Shown piece after piece: positions 38,901-52,598 of a stretch of DNA of 64,000 nucleotides (positions are counted from its first letter, which is position 1; each line of letters opens with the position of its first letter). This DNA is from Raja brachyura. Its lineage: Eukaryota. Below the pieces are notes generated by a model. It was not told where the DNA came from, searched no databases, and worked only from the letters and a program-made list of their open reading frames with translations. The position numbers and the translations under genes were made by a program. The stretch lies in NCBI GenBank assembly GCA_963514005.1, contig OY740790.1, positions 37,944,001 to 38,008,000 on the forward strand, in the 5' to 3' direction.

Positions 38901-40027
38901 TCCAGAATTCATATTCCAACAGAACATCTGTGCCCTTAATCTGATGTGTTTGTTTTACTCTTGTAAAAAAATATCAATAGGGATTATGTTATTCTTGCAC
39001 AGGTAATTTTGATGGAATGTAGTGATTCAACTATTAACTAATTGTGGCACACGTTGCACTTGCATTTTAGGTTATGTTAAAACTGAAGTCAGTGTAGGAA
39101 AGACAAGTTTATCTCCTTGAGATCCAAAAGATACAACCAGATTTTATTGGTCTGCCATGTGCAGAAAGCACCGTGCTACTGATGCAGAATTTTGCCTAAA
39201 CGCTAAAACCTGGCATTACTTGCTGCAATGGCCCCAGTCTAGTGATGGAGGCAGCAAGGGCAGAAGTAGTAGAAGCAAATCCTGGAAGAGCAGTGCTGTT
39301 ATGTCAGCTGCAACATCAGTTGCGGGGACTCACTTCTCAGAGGAGTGCCCTTTTTGGAGGAGACAGGATAGGGTTCTGGAAGCTATGGAGAATAAAAATA
39401 CATACTTATTCAGAATTAATGCAGGATATGATTGTCTGGAGATTAGTACCTTTCTCTTCTGGGAAGGTGATTAATCTTCAAGAACAGGGTAGAAAATGGA
39501 GCTGGATGTTTGTTATGATTTTCCAGCTATTCATTTAATTGTTGGAAAGCTGTTTATAGTTTGTTCATTTTATGCATTTGAAATAACAGTCTGTAGTTAG
39601 AAAAATGCAGATGTTTTGTTGAAAACTAGATTTTGTGGTTGGCCTGTTTAAAAAAAAAAAATACACAGAGGCTTTTAAAGGCTAATGCGACCTCTAAGTG
39701 GTATATGAGAGCTTTCTCAGACCACATAATGAACACTCCAAAAATATACATAAAAATATAATGGCAACTCTCCTGACCTGAATGGAAGGAGCAACATTAG
39801 GTGATGGCATTCTCGAACTGCATTGTGTTGTTATGGGAAGATATGTGCAAAACTGGCACTTAGCACAAATGTTTTAGGCATTGTAACTTGGGGAAGGAGT
39901 GTAACATGTGTTGTTGAGGTCAGGCCACAAAGTCTGCAAAGCCTATCGTAATGGAATGGAGATTATTATCTCATCCATGTCCATTTGATATTGTAGAATT
40001 TGGTGCAAGAAATAAGAGCAGGAATTC

Positions 40028-40716
40028 GAGCCATAGAGTGATACACCGTGGACACAGGCCCTTAAGCCCAACATTTCCCCCTTAACCTTAAACCTATGTG
40101 GTCTGGTCCACAATTCACCTACTCTGAGCAAGGGAGTCTGTGCATCCACCCGATCTATTCCTCTCATGGTTTTATACACCTCTAAAAGATCACCCTTCAT
40201 CCTTCTGGCTCCAAGGAATAGAGTCCCAGGCTACTCAACCTCTCCCTTTAGGTCAGACCTCTAGTCCTTGTAAATCTTTTCTGTACCCTCTCTAACTTGA
40301 CAACATCTTTTTGATAAAATGGTATCCAGAACTGAACACAATACTTTAAATACCCCAGAGCCCAACCATTCGCTGTGTTGGTCTTGCCCATGTTAGACTT
40401 CCCAAAATGCAACACCTTACATTTCTCCGTATTAAATTCCATCAACCATTCCACAGTCCACCTCGCCAATCGATCAAGATCCTGCTGCAATTTTTCACAA
40501 TTTTTTCACTATCTGCAAAACCACTTGCTTTTGTATCATCAACAAATTTGCTATTCTTGCCATGTCTGTTCTCATCCAAATCATTGATACAGATGACAAA
40601 CAGTGATGGGCCCAGCACCGAACTGTGAAGCACATCACTAGTTACAGACCTCCAGTTCGAGAAGCAACCTTTCACCATCACCCTCTGCTTCCTTCCAAGA
40701 AGCCAACTGTCCAGAT
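40028..40716 (-). mobile_element. CR1 LINE 3' fragment with internal deletions
   Basis: RT motifs 'WLLGRKQRV', 'SVLGPSLF..INDL', 'KFVDDTK', 'QQDLDRL..W...W.MEFN..KC', 'LERVQKRFTR' and 'GDLLEVYK'. Confidence 0.92.
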
Positions 40717-41614
40717 TTCTATGAAGTTGTTCCTGTAAGGCTAATCCTGAGGAGTTAGCATGTTCCTCCATAGTGGGTATATGGTTGTTCGTCTCAAAAC
40801 CATTTTCTTCTTGATCCCCATAACTCTTTAATTCCCTGTAGTTCACAAATGGTCATCTGACCAAAGAAGAAAAGATGTAATTTAATAACAGAATTATACA
40901 ACACATAAACTTGCTCTATCCCTTTGATGGTCTACACAGACCATCAAACATCTATTTCCCCTAATCCCATGTTCCCATGTTCCCATAAGCTCCTCAAGCC
41001 ATATCCCCCCAGATTCATGCACAACCTACATTTTTGTGCATACTCATGCACAAGAAGGAATTAACAGTGGCTAATTGCTTACCAACCTACCTTTTTAATG
41101 CTGTGATTTTGCTAAATGCCTCATAGTATGTCATGTTTAGGATGCATCACAGTACTAAAAGAGGTGAATTATCCTGAGGTCATTATGAAAGAATGAATCT
41201 TTAACCTAAAATACCTGCTCAGCCAAGAATTATTGATGTGGATGATCAACCAGAATCGGGTGGCATGGTGGTAGAATCTCCATCAGCTTAGAAAGATGAG
41301 GGTTTATTAGGAAACTGGGGAAGCAACTAGATGCTGGTTTTGAGACCATACATCTTTCTCCAGAGATTATGCACCTGGAATTGCATTTTGTCTAAAGTAC
41401 CCATGGATGACACATAACAATGTTAATGTATATAACAAGAGAATGCAACCCACTAATCTCCTGCTGTTTATATTCTGCCCTGAGGACACGCAGAAAGGAG
41501 AGCCAACCAGCTATCACTGTAGACAAATATTATGTCCATTGTTAATCTCTATGCCTTTCTTATGCTTCATATATGTACCTGACTAATTACATACTAGAAC
41601 AATACTAGAATAAT

Positions 41615-42460
41615 GTAGACACAAAATGCTGGAGTAACTCAGCAGGACAGGCAGCACCGCTGGAGACAAGGAATGGGTGACGTTACGGGTCGAGACCCCT
41701 CATCAGACTGATGTTGGGAGTGAGTGCTACAGAGATAAAATGTAGTCAGAGACAGTAATATTGGTGGGAAAACTGGAAAGGGGAAGGGGATGGAGAGAGA
41801 GGGAAAGCAAGGCCTACTTGAAGTTAGACAAGTGAATGTTCATACTGCTGGGCTGTAAGTTACCCAAGCAAAATATGAGGTACTATGCCTCACTCTGACA
41901 ATGGAGGAGGCCCAGAGCAGAAAGGTCAGATTGGGAATGGGAGGGGGAGTTAAAGTGCTGAGCAACTGAGAGATTAGGTACGTTTAGGCAGACTGAGCGG
42001 AGGTGTTCAGGAACCGATTGCTGAGCCTGCGCATGGTCTCGCCGATATACAGGAGTCAACACCTGGAACAGCGAATACAGTAGATGAGGTTGGAGGAGGT
42101 GTAAGTGAACATCTGCCACTCCTAAAATGACTGTTGGGGTCCTTGGACAGAGTCAAAGGGGGTGGTAAAGGGACAGGTGTTGCATCTCCTGCGGTTGCTG
42201 GGCAAAGTACCTGGGGAAGGGGTGGTTTGGGTGGGAAGGGACGAGTTGACCAGGGAGTTGCAGAGGGAACAGTCTCTGCGGAAAGCAGAAAGGGGAGGAT
42301 ATGGGAAGATGTGGCTGGTAGTGGGATCCTGCTGGAGGTGGCAAAAATGTCGGAGGATTATGTCCTGTATGCGAAGGCTGATGCGAAGATAAGGGGGACT
42401 CTGCCCTTGTTATGAATGGGGGGAGGGGGAGCAAGAGTGGAGCTGCGGGATATCGAGGAG
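41615..42460 (-). mobile_element. Penelope-like element 3' fragment (GIY-YIG region, 3' UTR and pLTR)
   Basis: 'EHLRSV...VAQHFNSPSHSQSDLSALGLLHCQSEA' is homologous to 52566-53336. Hammerhead motif at 41676-41708 has CTGATGA but GAAA mutated to GTAA. A detached tail piece lies at 42518-42556. Confidence 0.9.
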
Positions 42461-42922
42461 AACAATGTTCCAGCTTAATCATGAAAAATATAACGGGATA
42501 GAAACCTGTAGACATAATGTGTTGGTAGGAACTGCAGATGCTGGTTTAAACCGAAGATTTTGCAGTGACATATACATACATTATATAATGGTATACCTAG
42601 CGACTAATTTTGTTTCACTTTATTATTACTGTTTGTAGTAGATAATGATGATTGTTTCCAGTTTTTTAGGCTCTATTAAACGTGAGAAAACAAACCAAAA
42701 ATGCTGTAAACACGCAGAACTATGTTTGGAAACAATTCAGCAGTTTCAGTTTAATGTGTGAGGCACCAACTGCCCGGAACAGAAAAATATTCAGTGGAAA
42801 CATCGAACTTCTTGGGCTATGATTATATTACAATTACAATGAGTCTTCTGCTAATATCAATCATAATAGCGAATTGGAGTGGAACAATCTTAGATTGATA
42901 TGAGTTTATCCTCTTTGATAGT

Positions 42923-43038
42923 TGTTTAAGAAAGAACTGCAGATGCTGGTAAAGTCTGAAGAAGGCTCTCGACTCGAAACATCGCCTATTCCTTCGCTCC
43001 ATAGATGCTGCCTTACCCTTACTCCAGCATTTTTCTAC
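42923..43038 (+). mobile_element. Short Penelope pLTR-derived insertion (inverted tail plus unit) with 13-bp TSD
   Basis: cctctttgatagt at 42910-42922 and 43039-43051; same architecture as 4240-4371; stem II is disrupted. Confidence 0.85.
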
Positions 43039-43439
43039 CCCTCTTTGATAGTGTTCATTTTCATATTTCCTTCTAAAAATGCATTTCTAATGTCTACTTT
43101 GGTAATATAAATGCAAAATGTACCTACCTAGTCTCAAGTCATGAATATTGCTGTACAATTGTTACATTCTGACAGCAGTTATTTAACTGACAAACTGTGG
43201 CGACATCAGGATAATACTACTTTCCTCATTCTTCTCCAGTATTATCTTGGGAATGCTGCAATAAGATTAAGTTTTTTTTCATCATGATTGGAAGGTTCAT
43301 TCATTGGAAGCTTTATTCAACAATGATGCATTTTAGCCAACACTTTTCTACAAAGGACAGCTGGAATTTAAAATATATATATTCTCATTGTTGATGATGC
43401 ATGTTAAAAAATAGTGATATTTAGTTTATTTCTCATCTA

Positions 43440-43941
43440 GTTTAGTTTATAGTGAAAATGTGTATATGTCATGTGTATAGTGAAAAGCTTTTGTTTGCAT
43501 GCTACTCAGTAAATTAAATGACTATACATCATTACAATCAAGCCGTCCACAGTGCACGGATAAAGGGTACAACATTTAGTGCAAGGGAAAGCCCGATTAA
43601 AGATAGATCAAAGGTCTCCAATGAGGTAGGGTGGGTCAGGACTGCACTCGAGCTGATGAGAGGACCATTCAGTTGCTTGATAACAGCAGGGAAGAAACAG
43701 TCGCGGAATCGAAAGGTATGTGTTTTCAAATTTCTGTACCTCTTGCCGAATGGAAAAGAAGGAGTGACTGGGATGAGACTGATCCTTGATGATGCTGGTC
43801 ACTTTGCCAAGGCAGCGTGAGTAGATGGAGTCAGTGAAAGAGAGGTTGGATTGCATGACGGGCCGGGCTACGTCCGCAACTCTCTGCAATTTATTGCAGT
43901 CCTGAATGGAGCTGTTTGCAAACCAGGCTGTGATGCATCCC
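43440..43941 (-). mobile_element. Rex/Babar-like LINE 3' fragment
   Basis: 'LQRV....SIY.RCLGK..SIIKD.SHPSH..F' and 'T.RFRDCFFPAVIKQLN' C-terminal motifs; (TTTAG)n tail near 43420-43450. Confidence 0.75.
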
Positions 43942-44844
43942 TATATCCAAATCTGGATACACCAGCACAGCATTTCCTTCTCAAATAGAAAACATGCCTT
44001 TGTTTGAATCTTTTTTATTTAATTGGGTTTATTGAAAACTGTAAACATTTCCTGGTACTCATAAAATTGTAGAATGGGAAGAATCCACATAGCTTTTTTC
44101 GAGGATTGCTATGTTTAAGCTTACTATTGAAATTAATGGCCTGCTCTAGTCCCTGTTAACCTCGCTCATTAAGGAAAGGTGTCCATTGGAGTGATCCAGG
44201 GCTTCCTGTCGGTTTAATTTACTATACCGTGCCCAATTTGACCTTTCGTTTGGAAGCCTCCTGCACTGTAACAACAAGGCTCAACACTTTGTTAACAGCA
44301 CTGTCTTTATGGCCAAGATAAGACTAAAATGTTTAACAACTCTGAACTTGAAGGGTCCAGCAGGCGCTGGAAACGTGACAACTCTTGTGTATTGCTTCAA
44401 TGTAATCTACAGTTGTTACACTCTTAAATCCACTGCAGAGCAAGATTTTTACTGAACTGCATGCAAAAAAAGTAATTTCACTGTACCAGCGTACATGCGA
44501 CAATAAAGCACCATTGAACCATCTTCTGTCTCTACACATTGCAGCCTTCCAAACTTGATATTGAATTTCTAACTTTAGGTTACTCATCTTTCCTTCTGCA
44601 TTCAAACTGCTCATTTCTGCATGTCATAATTTTGGCTCAATTTTGATTTTTCCATTAGTATAGTCTGGCCTACTGGCCACGTCCCACAACCTTGCACATT
44701 CCACACAAAAAAGTGCTCCTAAATGCTACTTTGACTGCCGTCCCCACTAATTGATTAGTTCTCACTCTATTCACAGATATTTCCTTTTCAGGTTCATGTT
44801 CAAACCCATACCTAATTTTCTATTCGAACTAACTTGGTTTTCTC

Positions 44845-44945
44845 GCTTTCCAGTTCTGATGAATCCTCTGAGAGCTGAAACATTAATTGTTTCATGATCC
44901 CCAGTTGCTGCCCAACTTGCTGACTGTTTCCAACATTTATTACCT
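44845..44945 (+). mobile_element. Ancient Penelope-type pLTR relic with a hammerhead-like skeleton
   Basis: CTGATGA (44856-44862) ... GAAAC-ATT (44877-44884), followed by 'tgctgcccaacttgctgactgtttccaacattt' resembling the pLTR body. Confidence 0.5.
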
Positions 44946-45404
44946 TTTAAAATGGTCCAGCTAAAGATAATAAAGATATTGTTGACCAAATTTGTCAGTA
45001 TTTAATATCGTTAGCAAGCAAGCATAAATGTTTAAGTAACCAAGGAGCTACTGTTTAGTTTAAATGTATTGAAAAAGTATAACAAATTTAGATAATTAGG
45101 AGACAGTGAAGATATTGTCTTTGTTTTGAGTTTCAGACTATTAAATAAGTAAATGGCTTGTTTAATTTTCCAAAATTATAACAAAATATCGATCATCAAT
45201 ATAAATGGTTACATTAATTTTGCTGGACAAAATGTTTAAAGGTTGGATTGAAAACTTTGATATCGAGACATAAAATTGCAGAAAGAACTGACTTAAGGAA
45301 ACGCTGATAATGAGAACAATGGAATGTGAGATAACACATTATGAACATTTTATGAATTCAAGTTAAAAATTGGCAACTTTAAGAACATGTGTATTGGCAA
45401 GAGA

Positions 45405-45712
45405 ATCAAGAGCGTTTTATTGACATATGTACCCAAACGGAGCAATTAAATTTTTGCAACCAAGGCAGTTCGGAGTTTAGTTGGTGTTCGTAGTGTTCAA
45501 TAGCCTGATGGTTGATTGGAAGATAGATCCCTTCGATGATGGGGAGATCAGTACCCATGATGGACCAGGCAGTTTTCACCACTTTTTGTAGTCTGTGTTC
45601 CTGGGCATTTGAGTTGCCGAACCAGACCATGATGCAACCAGTCAATATGCTCTCTACCACACTCCTATAGATGTTTGAGAGAGTATTCTTCAACTTACTG
45701 AATCTCCTAAAT
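45405..45712 (-). mobile_element. Rex/Babar-like LINE fragment
   Basis: 'LSNIYRSVVESILTGCIMVWFGN....RLQKVVKTA..I.GTDLP.IE.IY'. Confidence 0.8.
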
Positions 45713-45836
45713 AATGAATGAATCTACATTTTGTTTGACAATGCCTCTTGCCATATTAGTCTATTTCTTGCCATAGTAATCTACCTTCAGTATTTGACAT
45801 ATACAGGTGAAGAATACTGTAGATTCCCAGTAACTT

Positions 45837-48800
45837 TTTTTAATTTATTTTTTTATTTTTTTATTTTTTTTATTAGCAATAACCAATTTTCAATGTTTAA
45901 AACTGAGTTATAAACATCAACTTAATTCAATGTTTGTACATAACACACTAATGATTATTATCTTATATATTTTTGAAAATAAAAGTGAGTAAAGAAAAAT
46001 ACCATTATTAATCAATAAAATTATAATTCCGTAATAATTAGTTGGTATAAGAGAAAAACGAAAATGAAGGAAAAGAAAAAAGACAAAAAAGTGAGAGAAA
46101 AAAAAAAGAAAAAATATTATATGTATATATAAATGAAAAACCACACTATATATTGTAAATAAAACAACTACAAATAATAATATCAATAGAGACATGCATA
46201 TATCCTAGTATACAAATGAATTATTTTCATCAAATCCCGCAGGGTGCCCGTCGAGCCGTGATGCCAAGAACAGCTACTTCTCTAAATACTGTATATATGG
46301 AGACCATATCTGTTCAAAAGAATTATACTTGTCCAGAAGGACAAATCTAATTCTTTCCAAGTATAACGTCTCCAACATCTCTGATGCCCACATTTTAATT
46401 GTTGGGGATAATGTTCCCTTCCAAAATTTCAGTATTATTTTTTTCCCTAATATCAAACAATAATCAAGGAAATTTCTTTGATCCAATGTAAATATCAAAT
46501 TAGACTCAGGAATTCCCAATATTATTAACTTTGGGTCAGGGTCTAGTTGAACTTTAAGAACTTCAGAAATAACTTAAAAAATTTCTGTCCAATAATAATT
46601 CAATTTAGGCCATGTAACAAAACTGTGTGTTAAATTTGCTTCTAAATTCTTACATTTATCACAAATAGAGGAGAGATTAGGAAATATACTATTTAATTTA
46701 GTTTTCGAATAATGTAATCTGTATAATACTTTAAATTGTATTAATGTATGTCTAGCATTTAACGAGCACCGATGTATTCGTTGTAAACTTTCTTCCCAAT
46801 TTTCTTTGGTTATAGGTGATCCAATTTCATTTTCCCATGCTTGACGATATGTTTCAGTTATTGGATTCTCCTTATCCATAATGATGTTATATATATAAGC
46901 TATTAATTTTTCTGTGGTTGGATGCAAGTTAAACAATTCATCTAATAATCCTGGTTCTTTATTTTTAAAATCCTGTGTATTAGATTTGATATAATCTCTA
47001 ATTTGAAAATACCTAAACAAATGTTGTGAAGACAATCCGTAGATATCTTGTAACTCCTGAAATGAAAGAAATTTTCCATTTCTATAAAGGTGCTCTACCC
47101 TTGTAATTCCTAAATTATCCCAATGTCTAAACCCCCCATCCAGTGTGGAGGGCTTAAATAATGAGTTATTCATAATTGGTAGTCTAAATGAGAGATTATC
47201 TAAATGTAAAGTCTTGACTATTTGTTTCCAAATACGTCTATTATTGTAAATGATAGGATTGTCCCTATAAATTTTTTTTTGCACTTCCTTTGGGGCAAAA
47301 ATAATTGAGTCTCCGTTAAAAGGCAAACAATCTTCCTTTTCTATCTTTAACCACGTTGGTTCCAGGTCCGTATTTACCCACCAAAAATTCATATTCTTAA
47401 TCTGTACTGCCCAGAAATAGTATAGAAAATTTGGAAGTGCTAACCCTCCATTTATCTTTCACTTACATAAATGTTTTTTACTTATTCTATGATTTTTATA
47501 ATCCCAGATAAAACTATTAACAATATTATCATTTTTTTTAAAAAAGGTTTTCGGAAGGAAAAAAGGGATAGCTTGAAACAGATATAACAATTGTGGTAGA
47601 AAAACCATCTTTATAGCATTTATTCTACCAATCAAATATATAGGAAGTGTTTTCCAATATAAAATATTTTTTCTAAGTTTATCTAATAATTGAGGATAAT
47701 TAGATCTAATTAATGAATTATGGGATTTAGATACATTAATTCCTAAGTATTTAAATTTGTCTGTAACTATTTTTAATGGGTATTGTTGTAGTATGTTTAA
47801 ATTTATTTTAGTTATAGGCATAATATCACTTTTATTCCAATTAATCCTATATTCAGAAAATGTACTAAATTTATTTATAACATCAAACAACGTTGGAATA
47901 CTAATTTCAGGTTTTGTGATATAAATCAAAACATCATCTGCATATAAGGATATTTTGTTAATTGTTGTATCAGTATTATAACCATGTATTTCAGGTTTAG
48001 ATCTAATTCTTTCCGCCAAAGGCTCTATCGCCAAGGCAAATAATAAAGGCGATAACGGACATCCCTGTCTGCATCCCCTAAAGAGTTTAAATTTAGCTGA
48101 TAGTATTTGATTAGTTAGAATTCTTGCAGTAGGATCCGAGTATAGGATTCTTACCCATTTACAAAATCGATCCCCCAATTGGAACTTTTCCATTATATTA
48201 AATAAATATAACCATTCCACCTGATCAAATGCTTTTTCTGCGTCTAACGATATGACTGCTAATTCCGTATCTCGTATTCTTTTAGAATATATAATATTAA
48301 ACAGGCGTCTTAGATTATGAAATGAATAGCGTTTTGGAATAAAACCTGTTTGATCATAATGTATTAATTTAGAAATCACCAGACTTAGTCTCCGAGATAA
48401 AACTTTAGTTAATATTTTTTGGTCTGTATTTAGAAGGGCAATCGCTCTATATGAACCAGGATCTTCCAAATCTTTATCTACCTTAGGAATGAGTGTGATT
48501 GTGGATCATTTAAAGATTCTGGTAATTTTCCTTGTTCATATGCATATCTATACACTGTATGTAGTCTTGGGGAGATCAGATCTTGAAATTTTTTATAAAA
48601 TTCTGCACTCAGGCCGTTGGGGCCCGCAGCTTTTCCGTTCTTTAATGAACCAATTGATTCTACGATATCTTTCACTGATATTTCAGCGTTTAACAAGTGT
48701 CTACCTTCCTGATCTAAACTATTAATTTGACATTCTTGTAAAAATGTTTCCATTCCATCTGTTTGTCCTGTTAATTTTGATGAGTAAAGATTTTGGTAAT

Positions 48801-49240
48801 ATTGTAAAAATCTGTCATTAATGTCTTTTGGTATGGTCAATATGTTTCCTTGCAGAGATCTAATTCCATGTATCATTTTTTCATCATCTAATTTTCTTAA
48901 TTGTCGTGCTAGCAATTTTTGCGGTTTATCACCAAATTCAAAATGCACTTGTTTGGTTTGTTGAAAAAGTTTAATGACTTGGTTAGAGTATATTTTATTT
49001 AGTCTATATTTTGCTATTGCAATTTTATTACTTAACTCCTTAGAAGGATGTTTTATATTTTCATTGTCTAGTTGTTTTATCTCCATTTCTAACTTCTGTT
49101 CCATCTTTCGATTTTCTTTATTAAAATATGCTTGTGCCGATATTATCGCACCACGCATGAATGCTTTAAATGTATCCCAAAGTAACAGTGGTGAAATTTC
49201 AGGTGTGTCATTTGTCTCAAAGAATAATTTAATCTGTTAC
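45837..49240 (-). mobile_element. 5'-truncated L1-clade LINE (3.4 kb) with 13-bp TSD
   Basis: Poly-T tract starting at 45835; ttcccagtaactt at 45824-45836 and 49241-49253; ORF2 fragments throughout. Confidence 0.95.
46274..49236 (-). pseudogene. L1 ORF2 (linker, reverse transcriptase, C-terminal Cys motif), frameshifted, endonuclease domain missing
   Basis: Motifs 'SYRAIALLN', 'DQTGFI', 'SLDAEKAFD', 'GCRQGCPLSPLLF', 'LYADD', 'FKYLGI' and 'CDKC...H', spread over four frames. Confidence 0.95.
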
Positions 49241-50834
49241 TTCCCAGTAACTTACTTGGCTTCTTTGTGCTTGCTTCAGATTGGCATTCCTGACAGAAAT
49301 GTCGACACACTTCTAATGTTGTCCGGCTGCCCAAACAATGAAGATTGCCCAGGTTAACCTCAATCAAACTTTTTCTGACACAGTAATTCTTTTGACCATT
49401 TTCTAAATCAACCAATATGGGAATGGAATGAATTTTAATGAAATATAAATGTCAGAGACTACCATCTCTTAGAATTATTGAAACTAGGTCAAAATTCCAC
49501 ACCTGTTCTCCAAAATCAACTTTTATATTGTTAGAAGTATTGTTAGACCATAATAAAGTCTGGCATCCAACAGGTGGTTTGTTTGCCGGTGCCAATTAAG
49601 TCATTTAAACAATTTACAGGTATTTTTTAACAAAGCATAATCAGGTAATTGGCACTGATTTGGATTACAAGTCGATGGCAGATAACTTTTATATAAGATA
49701 TGGTTATTATAATATACATCTTATAAAATTAAAAAAATGTGAAAAAAAAATAGATTTAGGGATTCTCTGCATCTCTGCATTGGAATTGCATTCTAAGAAA
49801 CATGGGAACCATTGCAAAAGGAACGGATAATTGAGGATAGGTAATTAGAAGGAGTGGTTTGGTATTTTATACGTGTATCTGTGGGCTCTGCATGAAAATG
49901 AGATCTTTTTTATCAATAAAACTGTAGCCATGTAATCTTCATCAATCCTTTCAAAGGTCACTAAATTAGACGTTTCCTTAATGCAAATTGGAAGAGATTA
50001 ATTTTGTAACATGAATGTTGAATAACCTTTGATTGGCATCATTTATTTCTGGTGAAAGAGGGAGCTGCTAGGTTTGTAGATGAGTGGGCAAAAGGGTTAT
50101 GGTAAAGGGAAATTTAACTAATTAAGAAGAAAGGATTAGGTGGTGAATATGGTGGCAAATGAGTAATGCTAGAGTCTATCAGGAAGGGATAAAAATGAAA
50201 AATATGACTATCCCTCCAATTAGAATCAGGGGAGGGAAAATTGATAAATAGACAAATTCAACAACTATTTGTCTGAATATATACAGCATTCACAATAAGA
50301 TAGATTAATTCATTTCTAATTAATGGAATAAGATAAAAACGCGAAGAAAGTACAATCTAATCTGGTTCAACTATGCAAACTCTGCCATGCGGTTGTAGAT
50401 AAGCATAAAGCACAGCCATCTCAGGAAGAACGCTAAAGATACACCCAGTGGTGGGCATGTGGAGCCATGTGGAGACATACGGAGTTTGACTAAGGTTAAA
50501 ATGTACTTATCAAGAAGAAGGTTGGATGAATATTTTACTGTTTTTCTTCGACAATAAACTATTAATCAAGAGACGTATAAAGATTTATCTTTCAAGAGTC
50601 TAGTGGTGAGCTCCCATGTGTAAAACGACACACTCTCCTCACCCCATGTTTTCTCCTGGTGGCTAGAGGGAACAATTCCTTGAATAATATAATAATCTGC
50701 CACTATATCGAGTCATATTCTCAGTTAGAAATAATGCATATCATCTAATAGCTGCTAAAGAGATATGTTTGTAAAATGACTGAGGTTGGAAATAAAATCT
50801 TCTGGAATATTTAGCTTTTATTACAGAATCAGAA

Positions 50835-51355
50835 GGATATTGTGATTGGCAAGGACTGATTAGGGATCGTTAATGTGGTTTTCTGCACGGGAAATCGTGT
50901 CATATGAATTTGATTGATTTTTGAAGGCGTATTGAAAGAGAATGATGAGGGGACACTGGCAAACATGTACTTTAGCAAGGCCTTTGACAGGATCCTGCAT
51001 GGAAGGCTGGTCCGGTCGGTTAGATCACATGGAATCTAGGATGCAGTAGCCAAGTGGATTAAATATTGGCTTGGTGTAGGACTCCAATGGAGTGTGGCAG
51101 TGGAGGATTCTTTTTCAGATTGAAGGATTGTGAACAGTAGTGTGCGGCAGGGATCAACGCTGGGTCCACTGTTATTCGTTATTATTAATCATTTGGATGA
51201 TTAATAAGTTTGCAGACAACACCAAAGTGGGTGGTAAAATGGACTGTGAAAAAGGTTATCTATGAATTCAAAAGGATCCAGATCAACAGGGAAGTGGGCC
51301 AAGGATTGGCAGATGGAATTTACAATGAACAAGTATGAGGTGTTGCATTATATTG
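50835..51355 (+). mobile_element. Decayed CR1 LINE RT fragment
   Basis: Remnants of 'FSKAFD..HGRL', 'VRQGSTLGPLLF', 'KFADNTK' and 'WAKDWQMEF...KYEVLH'. Confidence 0.8.
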
Positions 51356-52598
51356 GCAGGAGAGCAACAAAAGATGTAAAGCTGATGCTGAACAACGTAA
51401 AGAGAATTCACGTGGCGTTGTTTATATCATTAAGGTTGTGTTGATTGCAAATAATCCAGTGGCAAGTTCTTAAAAGATAATGAGCAAAATTCTAAACTAT
51501 TGTTAACACTTATTCAGTAAATAAGTGCACAAATTAAGTAAGACAATGTTCTATGAGAATAGTTGAATAGTTTTCTAAGTTGGATAATATTGTCCACAGA
51601 ATTCCCTGATTAATGTTGCATTGTCGCTTACATTTGATAATAAAATGAAATAATATCTGGTGAACATTTTTTAAAAATCTGCAGTTTAGGAAATTATGCA
51701 AATTAGTGAAAAATCAATTATCTTTAAAATAAAATCGGGGAACTTCTACATGGTATAATGTTAGAAGCTAAATATGTTCCATCAGTATTCCTATGGATCA
51801 ATTAAAAACAAACTTGACATGATTCATAGCAAGAAGATCAAAATCGTCGTTGCAAACAAAAGAGTAAACTGTGGATATTGGAGCCCATTTAATCTATCAA
51901 GATAAACCGGCTAGGTTACAGAATGCATTTTCATATTGTGATGTTGAGAAATCAGCAAAGAACATGAAAATGACGCCTTTAATTCAAAAACACTGCCAAA
52001 GAATATCTTGAACAAATTATTTGCACAGATTAGTTAAGTGGGAGGAATGGCAACCAAACCACCAAAAATAAGCTTCAGATAAAAGAGCAAAACCAGAATT
52101 TATGTTTTTATTACCCAAAGTTGGACTGTTTCCTAGTGCAGCCAATGTATGAATGGTTGACTCTGTGGTTGTGGTTTCCTGCAGATTTATAGGATGATTC
52201 CTGTCCAATTATCTAAATAATACATATCTATGCTGACCATAGTTTCATGTCTTTAATGGCAGCAAACGCTATAAGAAGTTACACAATAAACTACGAGTGA
52301 ATTGGAAGTGTATTCTACATACAAATATTTTAAAGTTGTTTTATAAGCTAATGTTATGCTGGGGAAAGGCCAGTAAAATGCTGAGCCTGAGCTGAATCAG
52401 CAGAATGATGGTCAGCTTGCCATTAAAAATAATAATTCCCCAAACTTATACACTTGTTGGATGATCTCTATTAACTACTGCTTCCTGTGGACCAATGCTC
52501 AACAGTTCTAAGAACGTGAGGAAATGTCTCTGATTTGTACATCTTAGATTGCCTTAATTTAACTGATGTGCTCTTTCTGCAAATCACAATCATCACAA

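Noticed and set aside
39157-39538. Two overlapping ~100-aa ORFs
   Set aside because: No motif and no exon boundaries; consistent with chance.
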